The notes under the pieces are model-generated. The model was not told the DNA's origin, did not search any database, and worked only from the letters and a program-made list of their open reading frames with translations. From Amphiscolops sp. MND2022 (Eukaryota): a stretch of 64,000 nt of DNA. How positions within the stretch are numbered: position 1 is the first letter of the stretch; each line of letters starts with the position of its first letter. Location: the NCBI GenBank assembly GCA_964187785.1, contig OZ076409.1:85314001-85378000 (forward strand), given 5' to 3'. This document shows, piece by piece, positions 38,676 through 51,281 of the stretch. The translations under genes were made by a program, and so were the position numbers.

Positions 38676-41600
38676 TACGAACTTACCACTTGGATTATAG
38701 AACATTAGGCAAAAGGGTACAATTTAACAGTTCTAATCTCTAAAGCTGTCAGCACTTTTAATGAACTTTAGTTGTTTCAAGTGAACTCTTTAGGAGCAAT
38801 AGCATTTTCATTTAGGTCCTGCTGAATTTCCGCTTTGCGGAAGATAAGTGACCTAGTATGTTCACGTCAGAACCATTTATTTTCCAGAAAAAAAAGCATT
38901 ATCAAATTGGTTTTTCATGGGCGAACTGGGCTGTTCTGGATTGGTATCAAATATTGTCAAAAGGATGTTAATTGATTCAGACCAGTCTTGAGGCATGTAA
39001 GTGCGAAATTTTTATCCACCGTAGCTCCAAGGCTGTACTAATTTTCGATGAAAAGACGCCGAAAAGCCCTACAGGGGGCCGTTGGTACCGCCGAGCCTTG
39101 TAAACGCCGCGTGACAGAAAATTATGCTCATTTTGATTTTGATGACGGAAAATGCGGATCAGGAAGTTTATCTTGCGGGCATTGAAAATTTTGCAAACAT
39201 ATGTGTCATAAAACTTTTATTTCGCAACATTATGGATGAAACCTTATTACGGATTATGCAACATTACGGATCGAAGAAATCTTGCAAGACATATATTTCA
39301 AGTGAAAACCAAAAAAATCTGACAAAATCTAAAAATCATATTCTTGACAAAGTCGTATTGGAACGTTACTGCCGAGAAAGATGGTAAACTGAACAAAAGT
39401 TAATATAATACTAACCCATGGATATCGTCATTTTTATTAACCTTTGTAATCTTCAAATTTTTAAATCGACAAAACAAAGCGAAGTTCAAACAAAAAGATT
39501 GAAAAGACACGCTTCGCTGTGGATGCATGGAAGAATGGCGGTAATTAATTAAGCCTCAGAAATGAACACTGTAACAAATCTTGTCATCTGATTGGCCACT
39601 GTTTCGACAGAAGGTTACCGAGACGAGAGAACGTTTAAACATCTCCAGCTTTTCTGGGAAACGGGTCAGCTCACGATGCACAAAGTTCTAAACGTGTTCT
39701 AAAGAAAGACAAGTCGGGAACGGCATAAATCGACTCCACGAGTAAGACTCAAAACACACAAAAGTACTTTCTGAAAACGTCGAGTGCTGGAAGTAACCCT
39801 CAACTGGTTTCCCAATTCAAAAATAAACTAAGGATCAAAATGGTACAGCAAAAGCAGCCGAGTTTGAAAGTTTGCCATGTTCAGAAATTTGGTCAAAAAT
39901 TCTACTTCGATGTGTGACGTGGCACTGAGCATGTGATTGCTCTTTTCGCTGTTTTCTCCAATATCAATGCAACACAAGGACTGGGCAAAACCGAGCGGCA
40001 ACACGGAGGACGAAACAGCCTGCGAGCTTAGTGAACTCTAAAAAAGAATCTTTTTGAGGTTCTAACCCCGGGTGTTATCGATTTCAGCATTACGCTAAGC
40101 TGAGTGGCGGAAACCGGTGAAATTAGTCTTTTTGCTTATTTATTAGCGTTTGGTATTTAGAGCCCCTAGCTTGTAGCTGTGTGGAATGCCAGTTTAATGG
40201 CAGTTTGATGTGCTTTGATGTATTTTCACTGGTTGTAGCTGTATTTACAAGCTCGAGCGCTAGTTTGTGCAATTTTAGTTACTATTCCGAATTTTAGATA
40301 TTATTCCGATACCTCCCTGAAGATGAAAAAATTACACTTTTTATCCTTGGCATTGCTTTTAAAGGCTGGTCCGAGGTGAAGGTTCGAGACGGTTGCCCGT
40401 TATTCTGAGCAGTTACAGACTGGAACAGGTCGGAGAGCATCCTTTAAGACGGTTCCCCCTCCTCGGGACCGGCAACACTTAGGAGGTAAAATGAGATGGT
40501 GTCATGGTGGTTTGTCCCGGGCCATAGCCATGGTATCAGTTCCTCCACCCCTATTGTTGCGTAGCAAACGCTTAGCGCTTGCCGTTACACTTTTTCATCA
40601 GGAATATCAAACAACCAAGGCGAGAACCCTTTTGTGATACGGAAATTTTCACAAAAATCGCAGTGACGAAACATTTGGTTTTGAAAAGCTTTTTTATATG
40701 AATGAAAAATCAAAAAACAATACCAAAAAAAAACGAAAGTTAGCCCTCAAAACGAATTTTTCTCCAAATAATTTCGTCATAATGCGAAAGGGAAGACAAA
40801 ACCACTACGAACAAATTGCTATTTCCAAAAGCGACTGCCAAACACGAGGAAAGGCCAATATAGTAGCGGCAAATGTTTCAAAAAAGCTCCAAACAATAGG
40901 TATTGAGAATCAAAACCATTTCTTGCACGGTAGTGGCAAGAAGTTTTTGAAATCTTCCAAAGTAATCTTTTTTCCTGGGAAACCTTGAATGAATCTTGCA
41001 AGATGATAATTTCTTTTTTTTCAAGTTCTTTGCGATAATAATAATTTCTATATTATTTAATTATTGATTTAATTATTAATTTATTAATTATTATAAATTA
41101 TTTTCTGCATGCAGGGCAACTTCATTTGAAACCTAGAAAACTCTATAAACTTGGTACGCTTGTAGACCTACGCTACCGTTTCTTTCCACTGTTGAAACAA
41201 AACCAAATATATTTCCCACTTCGTTTCCTACACAATCAGTTGTGCAATAGTGTGAGAAAAGAACTGAACCCTTATCTGTAAGAAATAATTTGGACTGCAT
41301 GTAAGCAATGCTAGCATTTTTTTACATAGTGACTTCTTTCATTCTCTATTTTACACTATGAATTTAAGGGACTGGAAAAACAAATCGAATGTTCAAGATA
41401 ATCGGTACAATCGCCTTAATTATCAGATTCTTCTGATTTCATTCTATCAGTTCAAAAAGTAAAACCGAAAACATAAACCCCAATTTCTGCGATAGCTGTG
41501 TCTCACGTATTAAGACGGGAAACAAAATAAAATGATAGAAACCCTTTCAAAAACTATATAATACCAATTATCTTGATGTAAAATAGTTGAATGTCTTCAG

Positions 41601-44600
41601 TGAATGAAGAAGTACCTGCCAAATGAACAAAAGTTTCAAATTTGGTGCCAAATAATACAAAGTTGCCCAAAATGATGTCCCATGTGCCAATTCAGTAGTA
41701 AATACATTCAATGAAAAATGAAATTTTGAAGTTTCGTCATTATTTGCAAACCTACATTTCAAGTGCTCAAGAAAACTTTAGAATGTTTGTTTATTCGATT
41801 TTCAAATAACTTGATGATAGCAGATATCAAAGCTAATTTGTTTTGGTCCAAATTTTTTGCAAATAAAGGTTCGGTTTATTTTTTACACTATTGTATTCAC
41901 AGTTTGATTTCTCAGATCTTCATCTGATGTCAAATAGCACGCTAAAGATGACGTTAAATAGCAAGTTATAACGTGACTTTTGTTTTGATTTTGAAGTTTT
42001 GCATTAACGCGGTGGTAAAATTGATAACATCTTGATTGTAATTTTAAAAAAATGTTTCTCAATGAAACATGCAAAACGTCAATGCTTGAAATTGCTGCCA
42101 AAGTCGGAATCCTTCTTTCAAAGCGCTTCGATAAAAGTTGAATACAACAAGGAAATGTTACCGCATGAAAGTTTCCATGAGAGGTTTAGAAAATCATAGT
42201 GAATATGATGTCATCTCCAAAGAACATGCAAAAAGTCCAAACAAGTTCAACAAGGGCTTATAGAACTTCTCTACCAGAGTTGTCTACAAACTATCCAATC
42301 ATAGGTAAGCTGAATTGTTCTTTTTAACTTCGTAAAGCTTCACTTTGAGCACAGGTCATTGCGATTCTCTAAGTCTTATTCACTGTTGGTAGCACACTGA
42401 GAGAGGTATTGATCAAAATAGACTATTCTGTTTTTACCTCTACTGTCTTAATTTCATTCCTATTTTGAATTGAATCATAACAACAAAAATGGTCTGCAAT
42501 CAATTGAAAGCCTTTCGGCAATAATTAGAATGTGTAACTCAAAGTGCAGGAAGTCCGAGTAAGTCCAGAAAACGCAGCAGGCTGCCCAACTGACATAACC
42601 TTGAACAAAATTGGATTAGCGAGAAACTGACATGAAAATGGCAGTTGATGTTGAATGAAATGCAAACCCAATTAGTAAAGTACTTTCAATTGGCTGATTT
42701 CCAGTTCGAAAATTCTCAAAATCCACCCGAAGCCAAACAAACTTGAATACATTGGCACCACTTGAAAACATTGAACGACTGTGTTTCTTTTAAGCACTGT
42801 TTGGAGTGCCACTGAAATTTTTCAGCATAATATTTAGAGTTGTTTTTTCAGGAGTAAAAAATGAAGGTTCTCGTTCTGCCATCAAATGTGTCTTTAATAT
42901 GTCAACAAGAGACATAACGGCACTGCGATATTCTTACAAGATGCATTTGAAAAAAATGGACACTCATCAATATTTTGAAAATGAAAAAAGAATCTCAACT
43001 GAAAATACGTCTGCACATGTTAAAACAATTTCATGCAAATACATAGGGTTGCAAGGTTTGAAAATGAGTATTTTCAACGCATTCTCTAGAGCGAAACGTT
43101 ATCCGAAAAAAACGTGATCAATTCGGTTTTGTTTACTATTATGGTGCAATTTGAAGAAGCCAGAAAGAGTACAAGTCGGCGCATCGATCAAGACTCAAGA
43201 GCCCTCATCAGTCTCGTAGTAGTGCCAAAAATACAAGCACCCCTGAGCTCGAGAAACGTGTTTCCTTGACTGAGAACGTTAAAACTTTGCGAACAAACGT
43301 TTTTTTTTTAAAAATGTTTGTTGAAAAAATTATCTGTAAGTTTAGAACAGTGCCAAAAAACTTTAAAAACCGCGTCAAAGGACACTCGCTAATCACTTGG
43401 CTACGTAAAAAGTACTTTCCAACTTCCAGCATCTAGCAGATACAGGCAGAAACTTGGAAGAGAAAGAAGAAAACATAGGCGCGACGGCATGTCGCGCTTG
43501 GGCACGAGCAGAAACGTTCAATGGTCTGCAGAAGGTGCTAGAAAATGTGTATATCCCAGATTCCAAAACCTAGTGAACTTATCTAGACTCAGATCGAGAA
43601 AATTTAGATGAAAGAACCAAAAAGAAAGGTGAGAAATTGAAGTTTGAGAAAAATGAAAATTGTAATTTTAGCAGAAAAACGTAGGCGTCATACTTGGTGA
43701 CGGAAATTTTGATAGTACAAGAACTAGCCTACATCTTTGCATAACTCTGTGAGGGAGAATGGTTTTCGTATCTACTTTCACTTCTGAGAAAAATCAGTTA
43801 CAATTTGGGAAAAAATGGAAATTTTTCGAATTTTTTCTTCATCCATTTATTTGCCCAATAATACCAGGGTGAAAAAAAGTCGACGTCATTTTTACCTTTA
43901 AACATAGTCTACTGAACCCTCGTACAAATTACGAAACCATGGACCCTGTATCTGGTCTCGGTTTTGAGAAATAAGGGAAGAAAGATGAAACACTCTAAAA
44001 ATTTGCGTTTTTTCAAAACTTCTTTTCAAAAAAAACAGGAAACCGAATTCTTTTTGAAATTTTTTTCAACGAAAAGGTAGCCAAGGATTCTACCAAACTT
44101 TTGACTAGGACAAAGGTTTTTCGTATCTCTTTTCAGTTCTGAGGAAAAATCAGTTACAAATTATGAAAAAACGGGAAAATTTTCAAATTTCTTCTTCATC
44201 CCTATATTTGCCCAAAAAAACCGGAGCAAAAAAATTCGACATCATTATTGGGTTTAAACGCAGCCTACTGAGCCCTAGTACAAATTACGAAACCATGGAC
44301 TGCGTATTTGTTCTCGGTCTTGAGATATAGGGGCTCAAGTATAAAATAAATAGGAAAATTTTTCAAAAAAAACAATCATTTTTAGCAGAAAAACGAACGC
44401 GTCATACGTGATGACGGAAACTTTGTTGGTACAAAACCTAGCTTACATCCTTGCTGTTTATCTTGAGGGAGAATGGTTTCTCTATCTTTCGTCAGTTTTT
44501 AGAAATATGAGCTACAAATGAGAAAAAAAATTTCGACATTTTTTTTCATCCATTTTTTTGCCCAAAAAACCAAGTCTGAAAAAAATTTTGACGCCAATTT

Positions 44601-45830
44601 TGAGCGAAATGTAGCTTATGAAACGCTTGTGAATTACACGAAACCATGGACCCTGTATTTGGTCCTGGTTGTGAGAAATAGGGGATCAAACATAAAAAAC
44701 AGTCAAAAATAGCGTTTTTTCAAAACTTCTTTTTAAAAAAAACATGAAGCCGAATTTTTTTCGATTTTCTTTTCGACGAAAATGTAGCCCAGGAACCTGC
44801 GCAACTTTTAGCGGAAACATGGTGTCCGTATCTGTTGTGGGTTTTGAGAAATTTGCCCCCCAAGTTTGAAAAGTTGGCACATGCCACGAAATCTGCGAAA
44901 AAAAAACGTCACCATATGGGCATCTCGCTCCGCTCGTGCCCCAAAAAGTTTTATGAATACCTTCTCCAGAGCCAAGATTTTTCGTAGAACTTTGTAGAAC
45001 TTTTTTGCTCAGTTCTTATGGATAGAAAAAAAAGTCACTTGTATAGTCGCGTTTCACTTCATGAAGCGCCGACTAAAAATGTCGGTTTCATGGAAACAAC
45101 TGCATGAGTCGCACCGCGGTGCTTTGATAACACGGTACATTTCAAGCGGCAAATGATCAAAGCGAATATCGTTAAAAGAGCAAAGTCGAAGCCAACTTCT
45201 TTTGTCTGTGCCTGCGTATCCAATTGTGAAATAGCTGAACGCACATTTGAATGTCCCGCACATTTAGAAACTGCTTTTCTCAACCCGTACAAAAAGCTCT
45301 ATAGGGGAGTATAAGGTAAAAAACGCTTTGAAATTTTAACGCATCAAAATTTTGTTTCCTTGATATTTCAATTACAAACGATGTTCACACAATGTTCACA
45401 TACTTTTTCATCTGAAACTTGAATTCCATACTATGATCATATATGGTCCTAGTATGGAACACATGTTTTCATACACGTAACATCTTGAATGAAATTGCAA
45501 AATCGTAGTCAATAAAGCAGAAATTGGTGAATGTATTTGTTTTTCCTCGACCAATGCGCCCATCGTCACTAGAAATTGAGAACAGTAGCGTCTTTACCAA
45601 TTTTTGGCACCTTTCTTTTCAGTGATTCGCCCAATTTGACCTGCAAAGTTGGTACAGCTGTAACAAAAGAGTAATTGCTAAGAGATACAGCAGTTGAGCC
45701 ATTTGTGACGTCAATTTGATTTGCGTATTCAATTGCATTCGATGTAGGTTTCTGGAAAATTCCAGTTATGAAAATCTTGTAGATACTACATCTTAAGCAT
45801 CTTAAGTCAACGAGGGTTAAAATCTGAAAG

Positions 45831-46365
45831 AACAAGACGAGAACGTCTAAAGTCGGCGCCATATCTAAGGCTCAAAATACGCAAAACATTTTTTTCGGTG
45901 AAAACTTGAAATTTTTGAATTCTTTTCTTTCAAAAAATGTCGCCGAAAAATGTAAAAGGGGGACCCTTTTGGATTTATTAACATACATTCTGTTGCAAAT
46001 TATCAAAAAACCTGAAGGGGGATCCTTTGGGGACATTACAAAATTTTCGAAGAAAGTCGCACAGTGCCGAAATAAATCCAAAAGGGGGACCCTTTAGGCA
46101 CGTCCGGTCTTGTAGATTTCCTTGAAAAAGTGAAAAATGAAGGGGGGACCCTTTGGACTAAATTTCTCTTGGCGGGAATTGGCCTTAGGTGGTTTCAGGA
46201 TTGTTTCTAAAAAGTGGACCGATCCGTGTGAGGATTGTAGTCTGAAGAAAAAAAGATCACTGCTATAGTCGGGCAGTTTTCCTTAAAAGGAAAAGCGCCG
46301 ACTAAAAAAACAATCACTGCTATAGTCCGGAATTTTTCCTTTGAAGAAAAATCGCCGACTAAAAA
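45831..46365 (-). mobile_element. HINE-like element with a tandemly duplicated terminus
   Basis: acaagacgagaacgtctaaagtcggcgcc at one end; 'tcactgctatagtc...cgccgactaaaaa' occurs twice (46257-46310, 46314-46365). Confidence 0.65.
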
Positions 46366-46379
46366 CCGGATGATCGTAA

Positions 46380-46830
46380 TTACAAATCATGCAAATGGTA
46401 AGTTCTGGGAAAAAACCAGTGAATAGTATCAAAAAGACAATTTCGACAAAAAAAGCAAAGAGGGAAAAGAAGGAAGTGACAAAGAGCAGAAAACAACAAC
46501 AAAAAGAAGAGGACAGCGAAGCCGAAACAAGCCGAATAACTATGGACAAAACGTCATGGTAACTCAACTCTCCCCAGCAAGGGAACCAGAAGATGAAGAA
46601 GCAAAGCGACAATGATAAAAACATGAAAAGACACTTCGCCCCTTGGCGACAAGCAAACTTTATACCTCATGTAACAATTGCTCAAGTATTTATTAGTAAA
46701 GATCATAATTTATATTATCGGTTGCTAACACTATAATCACCACTTTTGTAGTTGTAAATTTATATTACCTAATTGTACTAACTGAATTATTGTGGAGGTG
46801 TGGCGGGGCTCTAATGCCGCAATCACTCCA
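46380..46830 (+). pseudogene. Possible 3' end of a Gypsy-like pol, PPT and start of an LTR
   Basis: Purine-rich stretch reading RSRNKPNNYGQNVMVTQL (resembles an integrase tail), then ggagg-TGTGGCGG at ~46794-46806. Confidence 0.3.
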
Positions 46831-48914
46831 TCTCATGAATCGAACCTCGAGAAAACAGTTAGCAGGTTGTTAGTAACACAACCATAGAGGTTTGAATTAA
46901 AAAGAGAACCATTTGCCACATGGTGTGAATACAATTTACAGTTGCGTGCAATCTATCTATTGTTTTCAAATGATTCAAGCTCACAGCTATAACAAGCACT
47001 CAAAATTCCGCGTTCACAGGCTAGGTTGATCATAATTTAGACCAAATATGTCAAAAACAAATCCCACAATCAAATTTCTCAATGATCTCACTAAAATCAG
47101 TCTGGGTACATAATTACCCCCGGATTTCTATTTACAACTACTTCTACCGCCATCAAAATTGTTAATGGGACAATTCAAAAATTAATCGAACTGGCATTAT
47201 TGAATGTAAAATCTATTTTCTCTAACAGGAATTTAACGTCTATTAGAATAGTTTTTTGATAGAACAGAACATTTTTCAGACACTCGGACTGTGACTATGT
47301 TCGAAATAATTTTTTTGTGACTCCTATTGAACCTATTGGGTTTCTAAGCAAGAATGCGTGATTACATAAGTAAAAGTGTGAACAAAGATTGTATCTGGGT
47401 TCTAAACGGTCATCCTGAGAATAAATATAAAATAGAAGATTCACTTTCAGTCTCTTTCTAATATTTGCATTATTTTTCCGAAACATTTTTTTTCAGAAAA
47501 GCACCCAGAGCTCAAAGGAACCACCGCGATTAAGCCATTGTCCGGATGCAATTTCATAAGTTTTCCATGCGATTCGATGCATGGAACCATATGGTTCCAT
47601 ACGATAATTTCATGCCGTTTCCATGCATGGAATCGCATGGAATCATATGGTTCCATGCATGGAATCGCATGGAATTATTCAATTGTAGGCATGAAATCGG
47701 ATTGAACATACAGAAAACAAAGGAAACCACGGTAATGACATCTGAAATTATCGGAAACATTAAAAAAAACATCTAAAATTACAGGAAGAACCACTAAAAT
47801 AACATCCAAAATTACTGAAAGAACCACTGGAACAAGATCTGAGGAAAAACCGATATCACATCAGAAAATGTCGGACTCGGTTCCAAACTGCAAACATAGT
47901 TTGCAAAAGCTGAAAACCCAAGTCCTTATACCTAACAGTTCGGAATCATTCCGATTTTCCGGTTTTATTGTATCGTTTTCCGTTTTCCAGTTCAAATTAA
48001 ATCCAGTTGTTTCCGGAAAGTGACACGCAAGTAGAACGAAAATTTGAAATTTTGAGAATTTCGAATATTTGCTTTTCATTCCATAACTTTCCGTGCATAG
48101 AATCATATGGTTCCATGCACTTCCATGTATGGAATTTATTTCAAAATGACTCAATCGTTTGACATTGTGCCTAGTTGTGTTCTACAACAAACAACGTAAT
48201 TGAATATTGATTTTTTAAAACACCTGAATAACTTCAAATAATGTCTCACTTCCTTGAAACACTATCACAGTGGCTTCTGTCATTTTTCAATCATGTCGAA
48301 GTGGCCATAAGAATCTCAACTCGTCGATACGAAAATTTTTTGTTTCATCAAAGGGTCCCCCTATTGTTTTTTGACATTTCGAATTTTAAAAATGTTTTCA
48401 ATTTTCAATTGGATCTTTTGCACTGCCAGATTGAGATATTGTTCAAAAATAGACCCTCTAACGGGGCATTTTTGAGCCTTCAGTGCTGGGGCTTGTTTCT
48501 ATTATAACAACAGTTTTAACATGCACTTTTGAGCTAAACAAAAGAGCAGTATATCGGACTTCGTTTAGGGATTTTCGTCGTTTATGTTAGTCCTTTACTT
48601 ATTTCGCGGAAATTTGGAGTCGTGAAAACTATTTTTTGTGATTTATTCATTCCATTTCATTTTTTTTGAAATTGTGTTTTAATTGTGATGAAAATTAATC
48701 ACAGTCCATTGTTGCATTTCAACGAGACGGTTCCCTAGTCGAAACTGCCGGGATTTTTTACATATTGAAGGCCTGCATGCAGGGTAATTTTTTTATAGAA
48801 CATGGAAAATTCAGACTGCGCGCAGGAAAAAACTTGTAAAACTAAACTACTGCTTGAAAAATCCTGACAGCATTTCATTACGCGTTGAAAGAACGGTTAA
48901 CAATTGTGTTTCAG

Positions 48915-49185
48915 CTGCAGTTTTTCGCGAACAACTATATATACCAGCTGCAGTCGGCGACGATCATGGCAGCGGCTCTGGACCGGGTGATGGCGATCGC
49001 GAAGCCGCTGCAGTACCACTGCAACCACGAGTCGCTGGCCAAGGTGCTGCTGGCCCTGCTGGTGTTCTACTGGCTGGTGCTGAGTCCCCTCTGCGTCGTC
49101 ACCATGAAGTTCGCCCACAAGATGCAGTGGCTGCCCAGCTACACCGCCTGCGCCGCCCAGTTCAAACAGCCACACATCATCAAAA
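48915..49185 (+). CDS. Class A GPCR, coding exon 2 (TM3 with DRV, TM4, ECL2)
   Basis: Acceptor tttcag|CTG, phase 0; LQFFANNYIYQLQSATIMAAALDRVMAIAKPLQY; TM4 W4.50 (VFYWLVLSP); ECL2 Cys (YTAC); phase-1 donor A|gtaggt. Confidence 0.9.
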
Positions 49186-50621
49186 GTAGGTGACTCAGAA
49201 TTAACTAACACAAGTCTATACAACGACCGACTGTCCAAAAATTTTATCATAGGAGTTGTCAGCCCGGATCGCGAGGTAGCTAAAAGCTTGGTATGATTCT
49301 ACGCAAGGTAGTGTTATTGTTATCAGTCAGGGTTATTATTTTCGCTGAAAGACCTCTGCTAGTTGAACTTTAACAGGTTCTTACAATTATGATGGAAGTC
49401 CACAATGCCAGTTAATTACCTTCCATCGGTTTTCACCGATGTTTCCCTGAGCTACACATGAAGAAAGCCCTGATATATTTGGCTTACTTCACGATGAGAA
49501 TGAAAAAAAGATGCAAAGGGATATTATTCGTAGGCTATTACGAGACACTTTCGGGGAAAAAATCGGACATTTTGAACACGCTTCAATTGTTTGACAAAGA
49601 AAAACTGACTCTTGAGATCTGGCAACTAGCTCACGCATCTGTGCTTATGCGGTTCTATAATACAATTTGGAAACGTTCCCCGCCTTCTGTCTGGCCAAAC
49701 CTAATAATATAAGTCTGAAAAAAAACAGAGCAATTAGAAAAGAGTGGAGCTTTTTATATGCTATATCTGAAAACTGTATAAAGTTAGTTCAATTTAAAAA
49801 GATGCAAAAACAGAACCCGGTCAGATTTGAACCACCATTTTTGTTGGCACAAGATGTGATACAAATTGAGACTAACTTCAATAGATCCAATGAAGCTTTT
49901 TTATCGTTATATCTGGAACCAATTTTGAAATAATTTCGATTATCATGGGAGGAATTCCTACAGGCTGAAAACTGCTTTTTTTCAAATAAAACAAAAATAG
50001 AAAACATGTGACTATTTAATGAAAAAAATTAGAAATTTCGGCAACGCCGAAAAACTTCATCAAAATGCTTTTTTATTTTCCGTTTTTTTTAAAAAAAAAC
50101 TGAATACATTTTCAATCAAATTGAATACATTCATTTACTTTATGTATAATCAGTACAAGCTGGGCTGCTAAAACGAAGATTTTTTCTGAAGAACGTATTA
50201 TCAAAAAAGCTTAGATTTTTCGTTTTCTTAAAAAAACTGAAAAATGAAAGTGCTTTAAAAATCAATTCTGCAAATTACAGTTTCGTTGCCATGGTCAACT
50301 TTATCGTCCGATGGTTTTTATTGGAAACGCCCAAAATCTAGAGCGCGAAATAAATCTGAGTCTTTGGGAAATATGACGTACCGAAAACACAACGGTGATT
50401 TTTGAAATTGGAGTAACTGCGTTCTGGAATCTGGGCAGTTTTCATCTCGAAAGTATGGTATCTTACCGGTGTCCGACGTTTGAACAACGGTCTACAATCT
50501 ATCTCTTATAGATTCCCATAACCGTTTACACCGTTGCAAACTCAATTGACAGTCCAAAGTTTCCTCTGATGATATTATTATTAGTTTTAGTTTTTTAAGA
50601 ATTGATTTTCTTGATTTTCAG

Positions 50622-50771
50622 TAATCATGAGTCTGCAGTATCTTCTGGGCTACATCATACCGGGAGTGGTGATTGTGGCGTGTTACGTCATAGTGGCCAA
50701 CAGAATCCGCAAACGCTTCCGTACTCGCCAGCAGATGATAGCCGCAGCCGGACATGTACCCAACCCTTCAG
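50622..50771 (+). CDS. Class A GPCR, coding exon 3 (TM5, start of ICL3)
   Basis: Acceptor tttcag|TA completes ATA (Ile) with exon 2; IIMSLQYLLGYIIPGVVIVACYVIVANRIRKR has P5.50 and Y5.58 correctly spaced; likely donor G|gtatat. Confidence 0.85.
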
Positions 50772-51281
50772 GTATATTGATGACACTGTTTTCATTCAGA
50801 ATAACTATCGAATGGATATACAGCTTAGAATATCTCTCCAAAATCACCCACCAGTGCAAATTTTTTCATTGTTGAGAAACGTCGAGAGAAAACTTCACAC
50901 AGATTTGAAAAATGAATAAAATCAACTTCGCCGAATTTTCACCACAAAACGTATATCGTTTGCCCAAAAACGTATACATCGTTTGCTTTAGTATCGTTCT
51001 ATTTATGCTGGATACTATAGTTTTATACTTGCAAACAGGAGTCACCGAAACAACAATGGTAAAAAAAGTTCTCTTTTGGCACTGTCGGACAAAACTTCTA
51101 ATCTTCAGATTTTTCATCGGATTGACCATCATACAAAAATCTAGATCAATAAAGTCGTAAGTAGGTGTTGTATTTTAAGATTAACCGCAAAAAAGGGAGT
51201 TCCTAAAAGAGTACATCATCTTTTACGAGTACTATAGCAAAACTAAACTTCAACACAATAATACGTATAACGAGTTTCTAT

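Noticed and set aside
40445..40500. HDV-like ribozyme resemblance (ccctcctcgggaccggcaacac)
   Set aside because: There is no room for the 7-bp P1 3' strand after P3, and GCAAC is not conserved in the copy at ~1620.
48918..48920. Alternative acceptor CAG at 48920
   Set aside because: It would shorten the C3.25-R3.50 spacing to 23 residues; 48914 gives the canonical 25 and has the better pyrimidine tract.
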